Source: a virus. Taken from it: 64,000 bases of DNA. Of this stretch, positions 9,298 through 18,991 are shown one piece after another (position 1 is the stretch's first letter; the number at the start of each line of letters is the position of its first letter). The stretch spans positions 1-64,000 of IMG/VR virus record IMGVR_UViG_3300043256_000348; one strand, written 5' to 3'. The notes beneath the pieces are model-generated. The model made no database searches. It saw nothing but the letters and a program-made list of their open reading frames with translations, and had not been told where the DNA came from. Position numbers and translations under genes: made by a program.

Positions 9298-10242
9298 TTA
9301 CCGTCCTCCCATGCTTTGGCCTTCCCTGGCAATCTTTCGGGACTCAAGATAGTTGTTGCCCTTGGCTACTTCCATCGTGGTGATCAGCCCCGTCTGCGGG
9401 TTCAACGTCACCCAGAGATTTTTCAGGTCCTGCCAGTTGGTCAAGCTGTCCTCGGCCGTGCCGGCCGGGACCCGCTCCTGCTTGCCGACCAGCAGAAAGA
9501 TCGGTTCGGCCCCTGAGTGGACGTGACCATCATGGTAGACGCGCTCCAACGATCCATTGGGCGAAAACATGATGTAGACGCGCGAATTCGTTTGCGCGCC
9601 GATGGAATGCGAATCAGTCCCCGAGAATTCCAGATCGATGATTGTGCGGGCGGGCAATTGGAGGGAACTAACAGCCGACTTGCTGGGCTGCCGGGTGATC
9701 TGATAGGCCACCGGCGCGGATTGCGCTGGGGCCTTAGGCCAAGGCAACCTCTGCCCCTGAGACAGATCGATTTGAAGCGTCAATGAATCGGCGGTGCGCT
9801 GTACGATTTCATACATCGGCCCCTGATAGTTGAACTGTACAAGATCCCCTTGGCTGACTAGGCTGATATTGATTGGTGAGGTGAGTTGTGCGAGCACGGT
9901 TGCCATACCGCCAGATAGGGAATCCACCCGCAATTGCGCAGCCGCATCGAGCGTCTCGCCAGCGTACGGGGGCGGCACTTCGACCTGTTGGAGCACCGCG
10001 GCGCACTGCGGCAGGCCGTCCATCCGCCGGATCATCACGCCGCAGGGCCGCCCGGTCTCCATTGCCCGGTTCCGGGCCGAGGAGAAATAAATGTTGACTT
10101 GCCGGGCCGCCTCGCGAGTTCGCCGCTCTTCCATCGAGAAGTCTATCATCCGGGCACCGACCGCCAACAGGACCACGATGATAGAAATCGCTACCAGCAA
10201 CTCGACCAGCGTGAAACCACTCTGCTTTGTTCTGGCCCTCAT
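9298..10242 (-). CDS. Type IV prepilin-like (minor pilin/pseudopilin) protein with N-terminal cleavage/methylation site
   Basis: Class III signal MRARTKQSG-FTLVELLVAISIIVVLL with E5; AAGGGAG RBS; ARNRAMETGRPCGV as in GspH/FimT-like proteins. Confidence 0.9.
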   Translation of the reverse strand: MRARTKQSGFTLVELLVAISIIVVLLAVGARMIDFSMEERRTREAARQVNIYFSSARNRAMETGRPCGVMIRRMDGLPQCAAVLQQVEVPPPYAGETLDAAAQLRVDSLSGGMATVLAQLTSPINISLVSQGDLVQFNYQGPMYEIVQRTADSLTLQIDLSQGQRLPWPKAPAQSAPVAYQITRQPSKSAVSSLQLPARTIIDLEFSGTDSHSIGAQTNSRVYIMFSPNGSLERVYHDGHVHSGAEPIFLLVGKQERVPAGTAEDSLTNWQDLKNLWVTLNPQTGLITTMEVAKGNNYLESRKIAREGQSMGGR

Positions 10243-10276
10243 CGTTTTGCTCCCTTGAGTTCAGCCCCGCTTAGCC

Positions 10277-10284
10277 ATTATACC
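10277..10284 (-). promoter_or_regulatory. GGTATAAT -10 element upstream of the pilin gene
   Basis: ATTATACC on + strand, about 35 nt upstream of pilin ATG; same octamer recurs across the window. Confidence 0.6.
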
Positions 10285-10331
10285 CAATTGGCACCGCAGA
10301 TACCCCCGAAATCCGCCAGAGAGTCAGTTCG

Positions 10332-11015
10332 ATGATCCAAGTCGGCATCACCGCATCGCCCCGGCCCGTGGACTACCTGCCGGCCACCGTGGCGAGCCTC
10401 CGGGCCGCCGGCTGGCCCGATCCCGTAGTGTTCGCCGAGCCCGGCACGCCCGCACCCCCGGACTGCCGCTTTGTCGCCGCCCAGCGCCGCCTGGAGCCGT
10501 GGTTTGCCTTCCAAACGGCTCTCGGCAGCCTCTTGGCAACCGGCCCGCAGGGAGCGAGCCTGGCCATCTTTCAGGATGATGTGCTCGCGGCCCGGAACCT
10601 GCGGGCGTGGCTGGACGCAGAGCCGTGGCCCCCGGACGCGGGGGTGGTGTCGCTCTACCTGTCGGAGGCGCAGGCGGAGGGGCGGCCGCTCGGCTGGTCT
10701 GCCCTCGACCCGGACGCCAACCCCTACGGGGCCTGCGGGGTCGTGATGAGGCCGGAGGTCGCCCGGAGGCTCTTGGACGACCCTCCCCACCGGGGCAACG
10801 GCCGGATGACGGACACCTGGCTCGGCGTGTTCTGCGAGCAGGCCGGGCTACGGTTTTGGCAACACAAGCCGAGCCTGATCCGGCACGTCGGCCGGGAATC
10901 TTCGCTGTCGCGGAAGGGGCACAGGCCGATCGTCCGGCCGTGGATTCCCGCTAGGCACGAAGGGGATTTCGTCGAGGACGCCGCGCTGTTAGCCCACGGG
11001 CGGATCACGGTATAA
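10332..11015 (+). CDS. Glycosyltransferase, GT-A fold (GT2/GT25-like)
   Basis: LAIFQDDV DxD-type motif; YGACGVVM; PSLIRHVG. Confidence 0.7.
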   Translation: MIQVGITASPRPVDYLPATVASLRAAGWPDPVVFAEPGTPAPPDCRFVAAQRRLEPWFAFQTALGSLLATGPQGASLAIFQDDVLAARNLRAWLDAEPWPPDAGVVSLYLSEAQAEGRPLGWSALDPDANPYGACGVVMRPEVARRLLDDPPHRGNGRMTDTWLGVFCEQAGLRFWQHKPSLIRHVGRESSLSRKGHRPIVRPWIPARHEGDFVEDAALLAHGRITV

Positions 11016-11016
11016 T
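11009..11016 (+). promoter_or_regulatory. GGTATAAT -10 element, probable leaderless transcript
   Basis: 6 nt upstream of ATG 11023. Confidence 0.5.
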
Positions 11017-11022
11017 GGGGGC

Positions 11023-11706
11023 ATGGACGGAATCTACAAAGCCTCCGCTGTGGTGCTGAGCTACCGGCGGCCCCGGAACGTCGAGCGGATCGTCGGGGAG
11101 CTTGTCGCCCTGGACTTCGTTGACGAGGTGGTGGTCTGGCACAACGGGCCGCACGAGCAGCCGAAGCTGCCGATGGGCGGGAAGTGCACGATGCTCGCGT
11201 GGGGCGAGAACAAGTTCGTCTACGCCCGGTTCCTGGCGCTGCGGTTCTGCCAGCATAACATAATACTAACGGTCGACGATGACTGTCTTGTTAAAAATTG
11301 GAGGGCGATCCTGGACGAGCACCTGTCGCACCCCGAGGTCGTCACGGCAGGCCTGACGCCGGGACACTACAACGCAGACAAGAACAACCGCTGGCGAACT
11401 TGCCACGAGATTCTACTTGGTTGGGGAGCCTGCTTCGACAAGCGGCTGGTCGAGCCGACGCTGGCGAAGTACATCGATGTCCACGGCCACGACGAGATAC
11501 TCCACCGCAAAGCGGACCGGCTGTTCACGATGCTGCTGAACCGGCACCACAACGTGCTCAAGGCGGACGCGGAAGAGTTGCCCTTGGCGCGCGACGATGA
11601 CGTGGCCCTGTACCGGCGAGAGGACCACTACCCTTTGACGATCGAGGCCCGGCGGCGGGCGTGGAAGATACTCGGCATGAGCCCCAACGATGGAGCCACC
11701 GGATGA
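11023..11706 (+). CDS. Glycosyltransferase, GT-A fold (GT2/GT64-like)
   Basis: VVLSYRR, EVVVWHN, ARF...ILTVDDDCLV motifs. Confidence 0.8.
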   Translation: MDGIYKASAVVLSYRRPRNVERIVGELVALDFVDEVVVWHNGPHEQPKLPMGGKCTMLAWGENKFVYARFLALRFCQHNIILTVDDDCLVKNWRAILDEHLSHPEVVTAGLTPGHYNADKNNRWRTCHEILLGWGACFDKRLVEPTLAKYIDVHGHDEILHRKADRLFTMLLNRHHNVLKADAEELPLARDDDVALYRREDHYPLTIEARRRAWKILGMSPNDGATG

Positions 11707-12632
11707 AGCTGCTGATCCTATACGACCGCGACGGCTGGGCATATTGCAGACGGGCGGAGGCTTTGCGGAAGCATTCGCCGGAGGGCTGGCAAGTCACAGT
11801 GGCCCGGCTCGGCACTTCATGGCCAGACATGGGCAGTCCCGCAGACATCACCCTTTTACTTGATTACGCCAGCATCGTACCTATCCGACACCGGATGATT
11901 CACGGATGGACTTGCCCGCTTGTCGTCTCGTTCAACGCCGGCCCGATGCGCCGCCGGGGCATGTGGCAACGGGTCTACGACGCGGCCGACTTCGTGATCT
12001 GCAACAGCCAAGCGACATACGAGTCGTGGGGCGAGTATCCCCGGCGGTGCTGCATATCAAACGGCGTGGACCTGGAGACGTTCAAGGTCGTCCGGCCGAT
12101 TCAAGAGCGGGCCGACAAGTGCCTCTGGTACGGCCGGGCGAGCAAGCACTGGAAGGGGCTGCGCGAGGTCTTGCAGCCCTTGGCGAAACTGCTCGGCGAG
12201 CACGGCTTCACGTTTGACTTCCGTGAGCTGCCGGCCGGCGACCCGCCGATGGACACGCCGGGGCTTGTCGAGTGGTACAATTCCGGGGCGTACGTCTTGT
12301 GCGCGAGCGAGGCCGGGTACGAGGGCACGCCGAATCTGGTCACGGAGGCGGTGGCCTGCGGGTGCGTGGCCGTGACGACGCGGACGGGCAACGTGCTGGA
12401 GTGGGGCGTGGACGGCGAGAACTGCCTGCTGGCGGACCGCAACCCGGTGTCGTTCCTGGATAAGCTGTTTGAGGCGCGGGCTCGGCGGGCGGAGCTGTCG
12501 AAGGCCGGCGTCGCTGCGTTGCAGTCATGGGACTGGGGCGAGCGGGCCCCGTGGTTCTACCGGCTGTTCGGTCGGATCGTAAACGAGGGGGCTGGGGCCG
12601 TCGAGCCGTTCAGCTATATGGACAACGGCTAG
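11703..12632 (+). CDS. Glycosyltransferase, GT-B (GT4-like)
   Basis: ISNGVDLETF; YEGTPNLVTEAVACG Ex7E motif. Confidence 0.85.
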   Translation: MKLLILYDRDGWAYCRRAEALRKHSPEGWQVTVARLGTSWPDMGSPADITLLLDYASIVPIRHRMIHGWTCPLVVSFNAGPMRRRGMWQRVYDAADFVICNSQATYESWGEYPRRCCISNGVDLETFKVVRPIQERADKCLWYGRASKHWKGLREVLQPLAKLLGEHGFTFDFRELPAGDPPMDTPGLVEWYNSGAYVLCASEAGYEGTPNLVTEAVACGCVAVTTRTGNVLEWGVDGENCLLADRNPVSFLDKLFEARARRAELSKAGVAALQSWDWGERAPWFYRLFGRIVNEGAGAVEPFSYMDNG

Positions 12633-12730
12633 GGGTATTTCTAAAATACTGAGCACTTAACTGTTTACGAGGTATAGGGTTACGGGGCGAAAATCCCGCT
12701 ATTAGATTGGGCTCATCCCCAGGTATAATT
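12632..12730 (+). promoter_or_regulatory. 99-bp promoter/operator element, copy A
   Basis: Ungapped 78/99 match to reverse complement of 45573-45671; ends in GGTATAAT. Confidence 0.8.
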
Positions 12731-12737
12731 GAGCATC

Positions 12738-14111
12738 ATGGTGAGTGACTATCAGGCATTCCTTGACAACAAGAGCCAGGGCGGGGAGGACTCCGGATTC
12801 GCCCCCATCTTCCTGCCAGACTTCCTCGTCGACTTCCAGAAGATGCTTACGGAGTGGACTGTACGTAAGGGGCGAGCGGGGCTCTATGCCGATACTGGGC
12901 TTGGCAAGACCCCAATGCAGTTGGTTTGGGCCGAAAACATCCGCCGAAAAACAGGCGGGTCAGTGCTGATCTTGACGCCGCTCGCAGTGTCCCACCAGAC
13001 GGAACGCGAGGGCGAGAAGTTCGGCATCGAATGCAAGCGGTCGCCCGATGGCAAGCACCGGGGCGGGATCGTTATAACCAACTACCAGAGGTTGCACTAC
13101 TTTGACCCCTCTGATTTTGCAGGCTGCGTGTGTGACGAGAGTTCGATCCTAAAGAACTTCGATGGAAAGACCAAGGCGACGGTCACGGAATTCATGCGGC
13201 GGATTCCCTACCGGTTGCTGTGTACAGCCACGGCTGCGCCGAACGACTACTTCGAGCTAGGCACGTCATCGGAGGCCCTAGGCTACCTCGGCTTCCAGGA
13301 CATGCTTACTCGCTTTTTCAAGGAACAGACGAAGAAGGATTATCTCGGCTGGGGTCGGAAGAGCTATAGGTTTCGCGGCCATGCGGAGCAGCCGTTCTGG
13401 AGGTGGGTATGCTCGTGGGCAAGGGCGTGCCGGAAGCCTTCCGACTTCGGATTCGACGACGGCAAGTTCAAGCTGCCTCCGCTAAACGAGGTGGAGCACG
13501 TCATTGAGTGCAGTCGTCCCCGCCCCGGCATGCTGTTCGCCGTTCCCGCGAAGACGCTCGAAGAGCAGAGGGAAGAGCGGCGGCACACCTTGCCCGAACG
13601 GTGTGAGGCGGCTGCGAAGTTGGCTGCCGGCAACGGCTCCGCTTCTGTCGTCTGGTGCCACCTGAACAAAGAGGCCGATCTGATCGAGCGGCTGATACCG
13701 GGGGCGTTGCAGGTCAGCGGCTCCATGTCGGACGACCAAAAAGAGGAAAGGCTGCTGGCGTTTCAGTCGGGCGAGCTACAGAAGCTTATCATCAAGCCGA
13801 AGATCGGAGCGTGGGGGCTGAACTGGCAGCACTGCCACAACATCGTCACGTTCCCATCTCACAGCTTCGAGGCCCACTACCAGTCCGTCCGTCGCTGCTG
13901 GCGTTTCGGACAGGAGCATCCGGTCACGGTCTCAATCATCACTACGGAGGGCGAGCAGGCCGTCCTACGGAACCTGCAACGCAAGGCAAGGCAAGCCGAC
14001 CGGATGTTCGATGCACTGGTGGCCCACATGAACGAGGCAATGCACGTTGACAGGACAACGGAGTTCCCCAAGCAAGAGGAGGTGCCATCGTGGCTGTCAT
14101 CGACCAAGTGA
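12738..14111 (+). CDS. SNF2-like / SF2 helicase (phage type)
   Basis: DTGLGKT, VCDESSILK, TATAAPND, GLNWQHC, QSVRRCWRFGQ motifs. Confidence 0.9.
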   Translation: MVSDYQAFLDNKSQGGEDSGFAPIFLPDFLVDFQKMLTEWTVRKGRAGLYADTGLGKTPMQLVWAENIRRKTGGSVLILTPLAVSHQTEREGEKFGIECKRSPDGKHRGGIVITNYQRLHYFDPSDFAGCVCDESSILKNFDGKTKATVTEFMRRIPYRLLCTATAAPNDYFELGTSSEALGYLGFQDMLTRFFKEQTKKDYLGWGRKSYRFRGHAEQPFWRWVCSWARACRKPSDFGFDDGKFKLPPLNEVEHVIECSRPRPGMLFAVPAKTLEEQREERRHTLPERCEAAAKLAAGNGSASVVWCHLNKEADLIERLIPGALQVSGSMSDDQKEERLLAFQSGELQKLIIKPKIGAWGLNWQHCHNIVTFPSHSFEAHYQSVRRCWRFGQEHPVTVSIITTEGEQAVLRNLQRKARQADRMFDALVAHMNEAMHVDRTTEFPKQEEVPSWLSSTK

Positions 14112-15049
14112 TCGGCGAGCGTTACGCGATTTACAATTCAGATTGTTTGGAGGTTCTACCCACCCTGCCTGACGAGTCGGTCCACCTGTCGATCTACTCT
14201 CCGCCTTTCGCGGCCGACGGGGGCGGCTGTCTTTACCACTACTCCTCGTCCGAACGCGACTTGTCCAACTGCCGGACCCACGCGGAGTTCTTTGAACACT
14301 ACGAGTTCGTGGTGCGCGAGGTCCACCGGCTGACCATGCCCGGCCGGATCAGTGCCGTGCACTGCATGGATATTCCACGGAAGGGAGAGCGGGGGCTGGC
14401 CGATTTCCCCGGTGAGATCATCCGCTTGCATGAGAAGCTCGGCTGGTGGTTCTGGGCTCGTCATTTCGCGTGGAAGGAACCGCTCGGCGTTCGCAACCGG
14501 ACGATGGCAAGGGGGCTGGCCCACCGGCAGGTCGTCGAGGATTCGTCGCTGTGCGATGTAGCGTCGGCTGACCACCTGTTGCTGTTCCGGAAGAAAGGCG
14601 ACAACCCGGTGCCGATAGAGCACCCGACCGGCTTGCAAGAGTACGCCGGCGAGCGAGAGGTGCCGCACGAGCTTTTATCGTACCGGAACTGGGAGGGCAA
14701 GCAACGCGACAACCGCTATTCCCACTGGATCTGGCGGCAGTATGCCTCGGCATTCTGGGACGACATACGGATCGAGAGGACGCTGCCGTACAAAGAGAGC
14801 AAGCAGGGTGACGACGAAAGGCATGTGCACCCTTTGCAACTTGACGTGATCGACCGGCTGTTGGTATTACGGTCGAATCCCGGCGAGACGGTGCTCACCC
14901 CGTTCATGGGCATCGGGTCCGAGGTCTACGGGGCGTTAGTGAACAACCGGAGGGGCGTGGGGATCGAACTCAAGGCAGCCTACTACAATCAGGCGAAGAA
15001 AAACGTGGAGGCAGCCCTTGTCAACGAGCGGGAAGGATTGCTGTTCTGA
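14090..15049 (+). CDS. DNA methyltransferase (N4-cytosine/N6-adenine)
   Basis: YSPPF catalytic motif; TPFMGIGSE SAM-binding motif; GVGIELK. Confidence 0.9.
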   Translation: MAVIDQVIGERYAIYNSDCLEVLPTLPDESVHLSIYSPPFAADGGGCLYHYSSSERDLSNCRTHAEFFEHYEFVVREVHRLTMPGRISAVHCMDIPRKGERGLADFPGEIIRLHEKLGWWFWARHFAWKEPLGVRNRTMARGLAHRQVVEDSSLCDVASADHLLLFRKKGDNPVPIEHPTGLQEYAGEREVPHELLSYRNWEGKQRDNRYSHWIWRQYASAFWDDIRIERTLPYKESKQGDDERHVHPLQLDVIDRLLVLRSNPGETVLTPFMGIGSEVYGALVNNRRGVGIELKAAYYNQAKKNVEAALVNEREGLLF

Positions 15050-15206
15050 CGAGTGGAGTGAGGGCCCGGCTATAAACTACGTTCCGATCTGCAAGCACCC
15101 GCGAGACTTCATGTTCACGATGGGACCGTTGGGGTACGAGCTGGTTGATGTGGTGACGGAATCGCCCATACTAATTCGGACGGACAAGCCGAAACCGGAG
15201 GGACGA

Positions 15207-15932
15207 GTGACCGACCGACGGAACGACCTACCGCTACGGCCCGTGCCCCGAGAGGACTGGCAGCAGGACTTCGACCGCCTGATGCGGGACGAATACCTTC
15301 GCCGGAAGTACGAGCGGACGGCGAGGGTGGCCGAGCACCTGGCCTACATCCGCTACCACTGCCCGGAGCTGACGAAGAGCGGCGAGGGGCTGGTTGTGGA
15401 CGTGGGCCCCGGCCCGGGCGAGTTTCTGGAATGGTGCCGCAAGTTCGGTTGGAAGACGCTCGGCGTGGAGGCGATGAGCGGGGCGGGCGGCATGGGGGAT
15501 GGCTACCTGCAACTGTCGAGGCTGATGCTCGAGCGGCAGGGGATCGACGTGCGGTACTGCGGCTGGAGGCAGTTCGTCACGCACCTGCAAGCCGACTCGT
15601 GCGAGCTGGAGGTGGCGTTCTTCGGGTTCCGCGGGTCATGGGCCCAGTGCTACGCGGAGTTCGTCGGCGGACCGCCTCACCATACGCACCACGACGTAAA
15701 GCGTCAGTTCTGGCAGTTCGACTACCACCTTCGCTCGGCCTGGCTGGACGCTTTCGAGGCGATGGAAAAGCGGCTCGTGTGTGGCGGTTCCGTACTGATC
15801 GCAGCGAACAGGCTCGGCGAGCAGTCCGGGCAGGACCAATACTGCCGGGAGATACGACGGGTTGCGGAGCGTGCTGGGCTGACGTTGGTTAAGCGCGAGG
15901 ATAACTGGGTCCACCAGTGGAGGAAAGCATGA
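15207..15932 (+). CDS. Class I SAM-dependent methyltransferase-like protein
   Basis: RBS GGAGGG then GTG 15207; VVDVGPGPGEFL motif I. Confidence 0.65.
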   Translation: MTDRRNDLPLRPVPREDWQQDFDRLMRDEYLRRKYERTARVAEHLAYIRYHCPELTKSGEGLVVDVGPGPGEFLEWCRKFGWKTLGVEAMSGAGGMGDGYLQLSRLMLERQGIDVRYCGWRQFVTHLQADSCELEVAFFGFRGSWAQCYAEFVGGPPHHTHHDVKRQFWQFDYHLRSAWLDAFEAMEKRLVCGGSVLIAANRLGEQSGQDQYCREIRRVAERAGLTLVKREDNWVHQWRKA

Positions 15933-16468
15933 CAGCTATCGTCGCGATCAAAACCAGCAGCCGCGTGGTGATGGGCTGCGACTCGGCGGCCATTGGCGGT
16001 TGGCACCTGCAATTACGAGCGGATCCCAAGGTTTTCCGTGTCGGCCAGTTCCTACTCGGTTGCTGCGGGTCGATTCGGATGGCGCAACTGCTTCAATTCG
16101 GCGAAGGCCGGTTGTCGCTGAGGTCGCTCCGGCCGAGGGGCGACAGCCTGACATTCATGGTCCGGCACTTCGTCCCGAAGATGCGGGCGATCCTCAAAAA
16201 GGGCGGGTACGCCAAGGTACTGAATAACGTGGAGGAGACCGGGGAGTTTCTGATTGCTTGGCGGAATCACTTATTTACTATCCACGCCGACATGCAGGTG
16301 GCGCAGCTTCACGATCACTATGCGGCTTGCGGCTGTGCCTGGGAGATCGCGCTGGGATCGTTGTTCAGCACCCACGGCCGAGCGGAGGAGCGCATCGCGC
16401 TGGCCCTCGAAGCAGCGGAGCATTGCTCAGCCGGAGTGCGGCGGCCCTTTGTGATCGAGAGCACATGA
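15929..16468 (+). CDS. Ntn-hydrolase, HslV/proteasome beta-like peptidase
   Basis: M-T-A-I-V-A N-terminal Thr nucleophile, MGCDS, PKVF, IALGSL, ALEAA. Confidence 0.7.
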   Translation: MTAIVAIKTSSRVVMGCDSAAIGGWHLQLRADPKVFRVGQFLLGCCGSIRMAQLLQFGEGRLSLRSLRPRGDSLTFMVRHFVPKMRAILKKGGYAKVLNNVEETGEFLIAWRNHLFTIHADMQVAQLHDHYAACGCAWEIALGSLFSTHGRAEERIALALEAAEHCSAGVRRPFVIEST

Positions 16469-17061
16469 CGTTCAAGTGGAGGAACGTGATCCCTGGACAG
16501 ACGCGGAGCGGGCTGTTCATCCACATCCCCCGGACCGGCGGCCGCGCCCTGTTGCGGGTGCTCAACTGCCCCAGCTCGCACTACCCGGCTGCCGAGCACA
16601 GACGGCGGATACCGGAAGACGTGTGGGACTCGCTCTGGAAGTTCGCCGTCGTGCGGAACCCCTGGGACCAGTACGTCTCGATGTGGCTCTGCTCACACGG
16701 GCGCGGGGACCCCGGCGATCTGCACGGCGAGGTCCCCGTGTTCCGCCGCTGGATCGCCGAGGGCGGGCTGAGCTTGAAAATCTGGGGCGGCAGTACGCGG
16801 ATAAGCGCGGTTGACCAAATGGCCTTCATCACCGACAATGACGGCAAGCTGCTGGTGGATCGCGTATATGTCTTCCCACGGTTACAAGACGCTGCCGATG
16901 ACGCCCACCGGATACTGAAGATACGTGCGGCGGAGGTGCCCCACGTGGGCCGCTCGCCGCGGCTGCACTACCGGGAATACTACGACGACGAAAGCAGGCG
17001 GGCCGTAGCCGAGTGGCGGAAGGCCGAGATTAAGCACTTCGGATTCGAGTTTGGGAAATGA
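16465..17061 (+). CDS. Sulfotransferase (family 2-like)
   Basis: FIHIPRTGG 5'-PSB and VVRNPWDQYVS 3'-PB motifs; YREYYD...FGFEF C-terminus. Confidence 0.85.
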   Translation: MTFKWRNVIPGQTRSGLFIHIPRTGGRALLRVLNCPSSHYPAAEHRRRIPEDVWDSLWKFAVVRNPWDQYVSMWLCSHGRGDPGDLHGEVPVFRRWIAEGGLSLKIWGGSTRISAVDQMAFITDNDGKLLVDRVYVFPRLQDAADDAHRILKIRAAEVPHVGRSPRLHYREYYDDESRRAVAEWRKAEIKHFGFEFGK

Positions 17062-18056
17062 GCAAGACAGCGATGATAACCGGGGCGGGCGGGCAAGACG
17101 CCGCGTGGCTGGCCAAGCTGCTGCTGTCGAAGGGCTACCGCGTCTGCGGCACGGTCCGCCGGCATTCTGTGGCCGAGACCCAGGACTGGCGGCTGAAGCA
17201 GTTGGGTATCGCTGACCAGGTGGAGACGTGCTACGCTGACCTGACCGACTACGGCTCGATCGTGGACGCCGTGCAGCGGTTCGAGCCGGACGAGATTTAC
17301 CACCTCGCGTCGATGAGCCATGTTCGCGTCTCATTCGACAAGCCGGTCTACACGGAGCAGGTCAACGCGGGAGGCACACTGCACGTCCTGGAGGCATACC
17401 GGAAGTTCGCGCCGAAGGCCAAATTCTACTTCGCGGCGAGCAGCGAGATGTTCGGCCGGTCGGTCGACCCGGACGGATACCAGAGGCTCACGACGCCGTT
17501 CGATCCGGTGAGTCCGTACGGCGCGGCGAAGGTTTTTGGCTACCACCTCACCCGCCACTACCGCCGGGCCTACGGGCTGTTCGCCGTCAACGGAATCTTG
17601 TTCAACCACACGGGCCCGCTGAGAGGCAGTTCCTTCGTGGAGGCGAAGATCGTCAAGACAGCCGTGCAGATCAAGCGGGGCTTGAAAGATACACTCGTGC
17701 TCGGCAATGTGGATAGTAAGAGGGATTGGGGCGACAGCCGCGATTACGTGAGGGCGATGTGGGCGATGCTCCGTGCACAGGAACCGACCGATTGGCTGAT
17801 TGCCAGCGGGACAACACGGTCAGTCCAGTGTGTCTGTGAAATGGTATTTCGCATGCTTGGCCTGGATTGTTGCGAGTATGTGGAACGAGACAAACGCTAC
17901 GTGCGGCCGGAGGAACTGCCCGTCCTGCGTGGCGATGCCATCAAGGCAAAGACGTTCCTCGGTTGGGAGCCGATGTACAGCTTCCAGCAAACATTGCGGG
18001 AAATGGTCGATCACTGGGAAGGAGTCTTCGATGGAAAGGATATGGTCCAAGGCTGA
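17058..18056 (+). CDS. gmd: GDP-mannose 4,6-dehydratase
   Basis: ITGAGGQDA, SHVRVSF, ASSEMFG, SPYGAAK, NGILFNH, KRDWG motifs. Confidence 0.93.
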   Translation: MSKTAMITGAGGQDAAWLAKLLLSKGYRVCGTVRRHSVAETQDWRLKQLGIADQVETCYADLTDYGSIVDAVQRFEPDEIYHLASMSHVRVSFDKPVYTEQVNAGGTLHVLEAYRKFAPKAKFYFAASSEMFGRSVDPDGYQRLTTPFDPVSPYGAAKVFGYHLTRHYRRAYGLFAVNGILFNHTGPLRGSSFVEAKIVKTAVQIKRGLKDTLVLGNVDSKRDWGDSRDYVRAMWAMLRAQEPTDWLIASGTTRSVQCVCEMVFRMLGLDCCEYVERDKRYVRPEELPVLRGDAIKAKTFLGWEPMYSFQQTLREMVDHWEGVFDGKDMVQG

Positions 18057-18483
18057 GCCGGGCAAGCTGCTGCACTTGATCCACCGCAAAGAGGACTTCG
18101 GAAAGGAAGAGCGGGCAAGGCTTTCACCGTCCGCAGAAACGCTAATGTGCGCCGCAATCAGTATGGATTGCGGCAAAGCGTTCCAGCCGCACCGCCACCT
18201 CCCGCAAGATCGCCAAACAGATCACACGCAAGAAATATGGATTGTGATTCGCGGAATGGTCACTGTGGCATACTACGATACGGACGATTCGTATCTATGC
18301 TCAAGGGACTTGCACGACGGGGACTGCACGATCACGCTGGCCGGCGGCCATGGATACCAAGCTGGCGAAGAAACACTCGTGTATGAAATTAAAACCGGCC
18401 CGTACCACGGAAGGGATCGGGATAAAGTTTACGTTGACGGCGGGGAGTGGGCTAATGATACCGACCACCAACTTGGCGGATGA
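18031..18483 (+). CDS. Cupin-fold sugar-nucleotide-associated protein (WbuC-like)
   Basis: PHRH...TQEIW...GGHGY...YEIKTGPY. Confidence 0.7.
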   Translation: MERIWSKAEPGKLLHLIHRKEDFGKEERARLSPSAETLMCAAISMDCGKAFQPHRHLPQDRQTDHTQEIWIVIRGMVTVAYYDTDDSYLCSRDLHDGDCTITLAGGHGYQAGEETLVYEIKTGPYHGRDRDKVYVDGGEWANDTDHQLGG

Positions 18484-18991
18484 TGGCTGCTTTATGATGC
18501 AGGCCGTGGACTTAGCTCGCCGCAACCGTGATCCCAATCGCAGGAAAGCAATCGCCGCGTTGATCGTCAAAGACGGCATGGTGATTGCCAGCGGCGTGCG
18601 GACGACGCGGAAAGATCAAGGCAGCGGACTAATAGATACGTGCCACGCCGAGGACGCGGCTCTACAAGTCGCGGGGCATGGTAGTCGCGGCAGTACCTTG
18701 TACACAACGCTTGCCCCTTGTGCGGAGCGGGCGAACCTGAAGTGTGATGTCCCGAAGCGACCCTGCTGTCAACTGGTGGCTGATGCAGGAGTGGCCCGCG
18801 TCGTAATAGGGGCGTTCGACGAGGACTTCGGCAAGGGCGGCGTCGAGTACCTCATCGAACGCGGCGTATGCGTGGAGCAATATCCTCTTCCTGAGTCAGT
18901 GGTGCAGATGCTGCTGGGCAAAGAGCGTGGGCGCCCCGTGGAGGGGCCTGGTAACCAATCTGCTGACAAGAGGTTCCTGGACGAAAGATAA
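18455..18991 (+). CDS. Zn-dependent deaminase (cytidine/dCMP/RibD-N superfamily)
   Basis: HAEDAAL and YTTLAPC...PCC motifs. Confidence 0.8.
   Translation: MIPTTNLADDGCFMMQAVDLARRNRDPNRRKAIAALIVKDGMVIASGVRTTRKDQGSGLIDTCHAEDAALQVAGHGSRGSTLYTTLAPCAERANLKCDVPKRPCCQLVADAGVARVVIGAFDEDFGKGGVEYLIERGVCVEQYPLPESVVQMLLGKERGRPVEGPGNQSADKRFLDER

Noticed and set aside
18455-18991. ribD (riboflavin biosynthesis)
   Set aside because: Only the deaminase domain is present; no reductase domain or other rib genes
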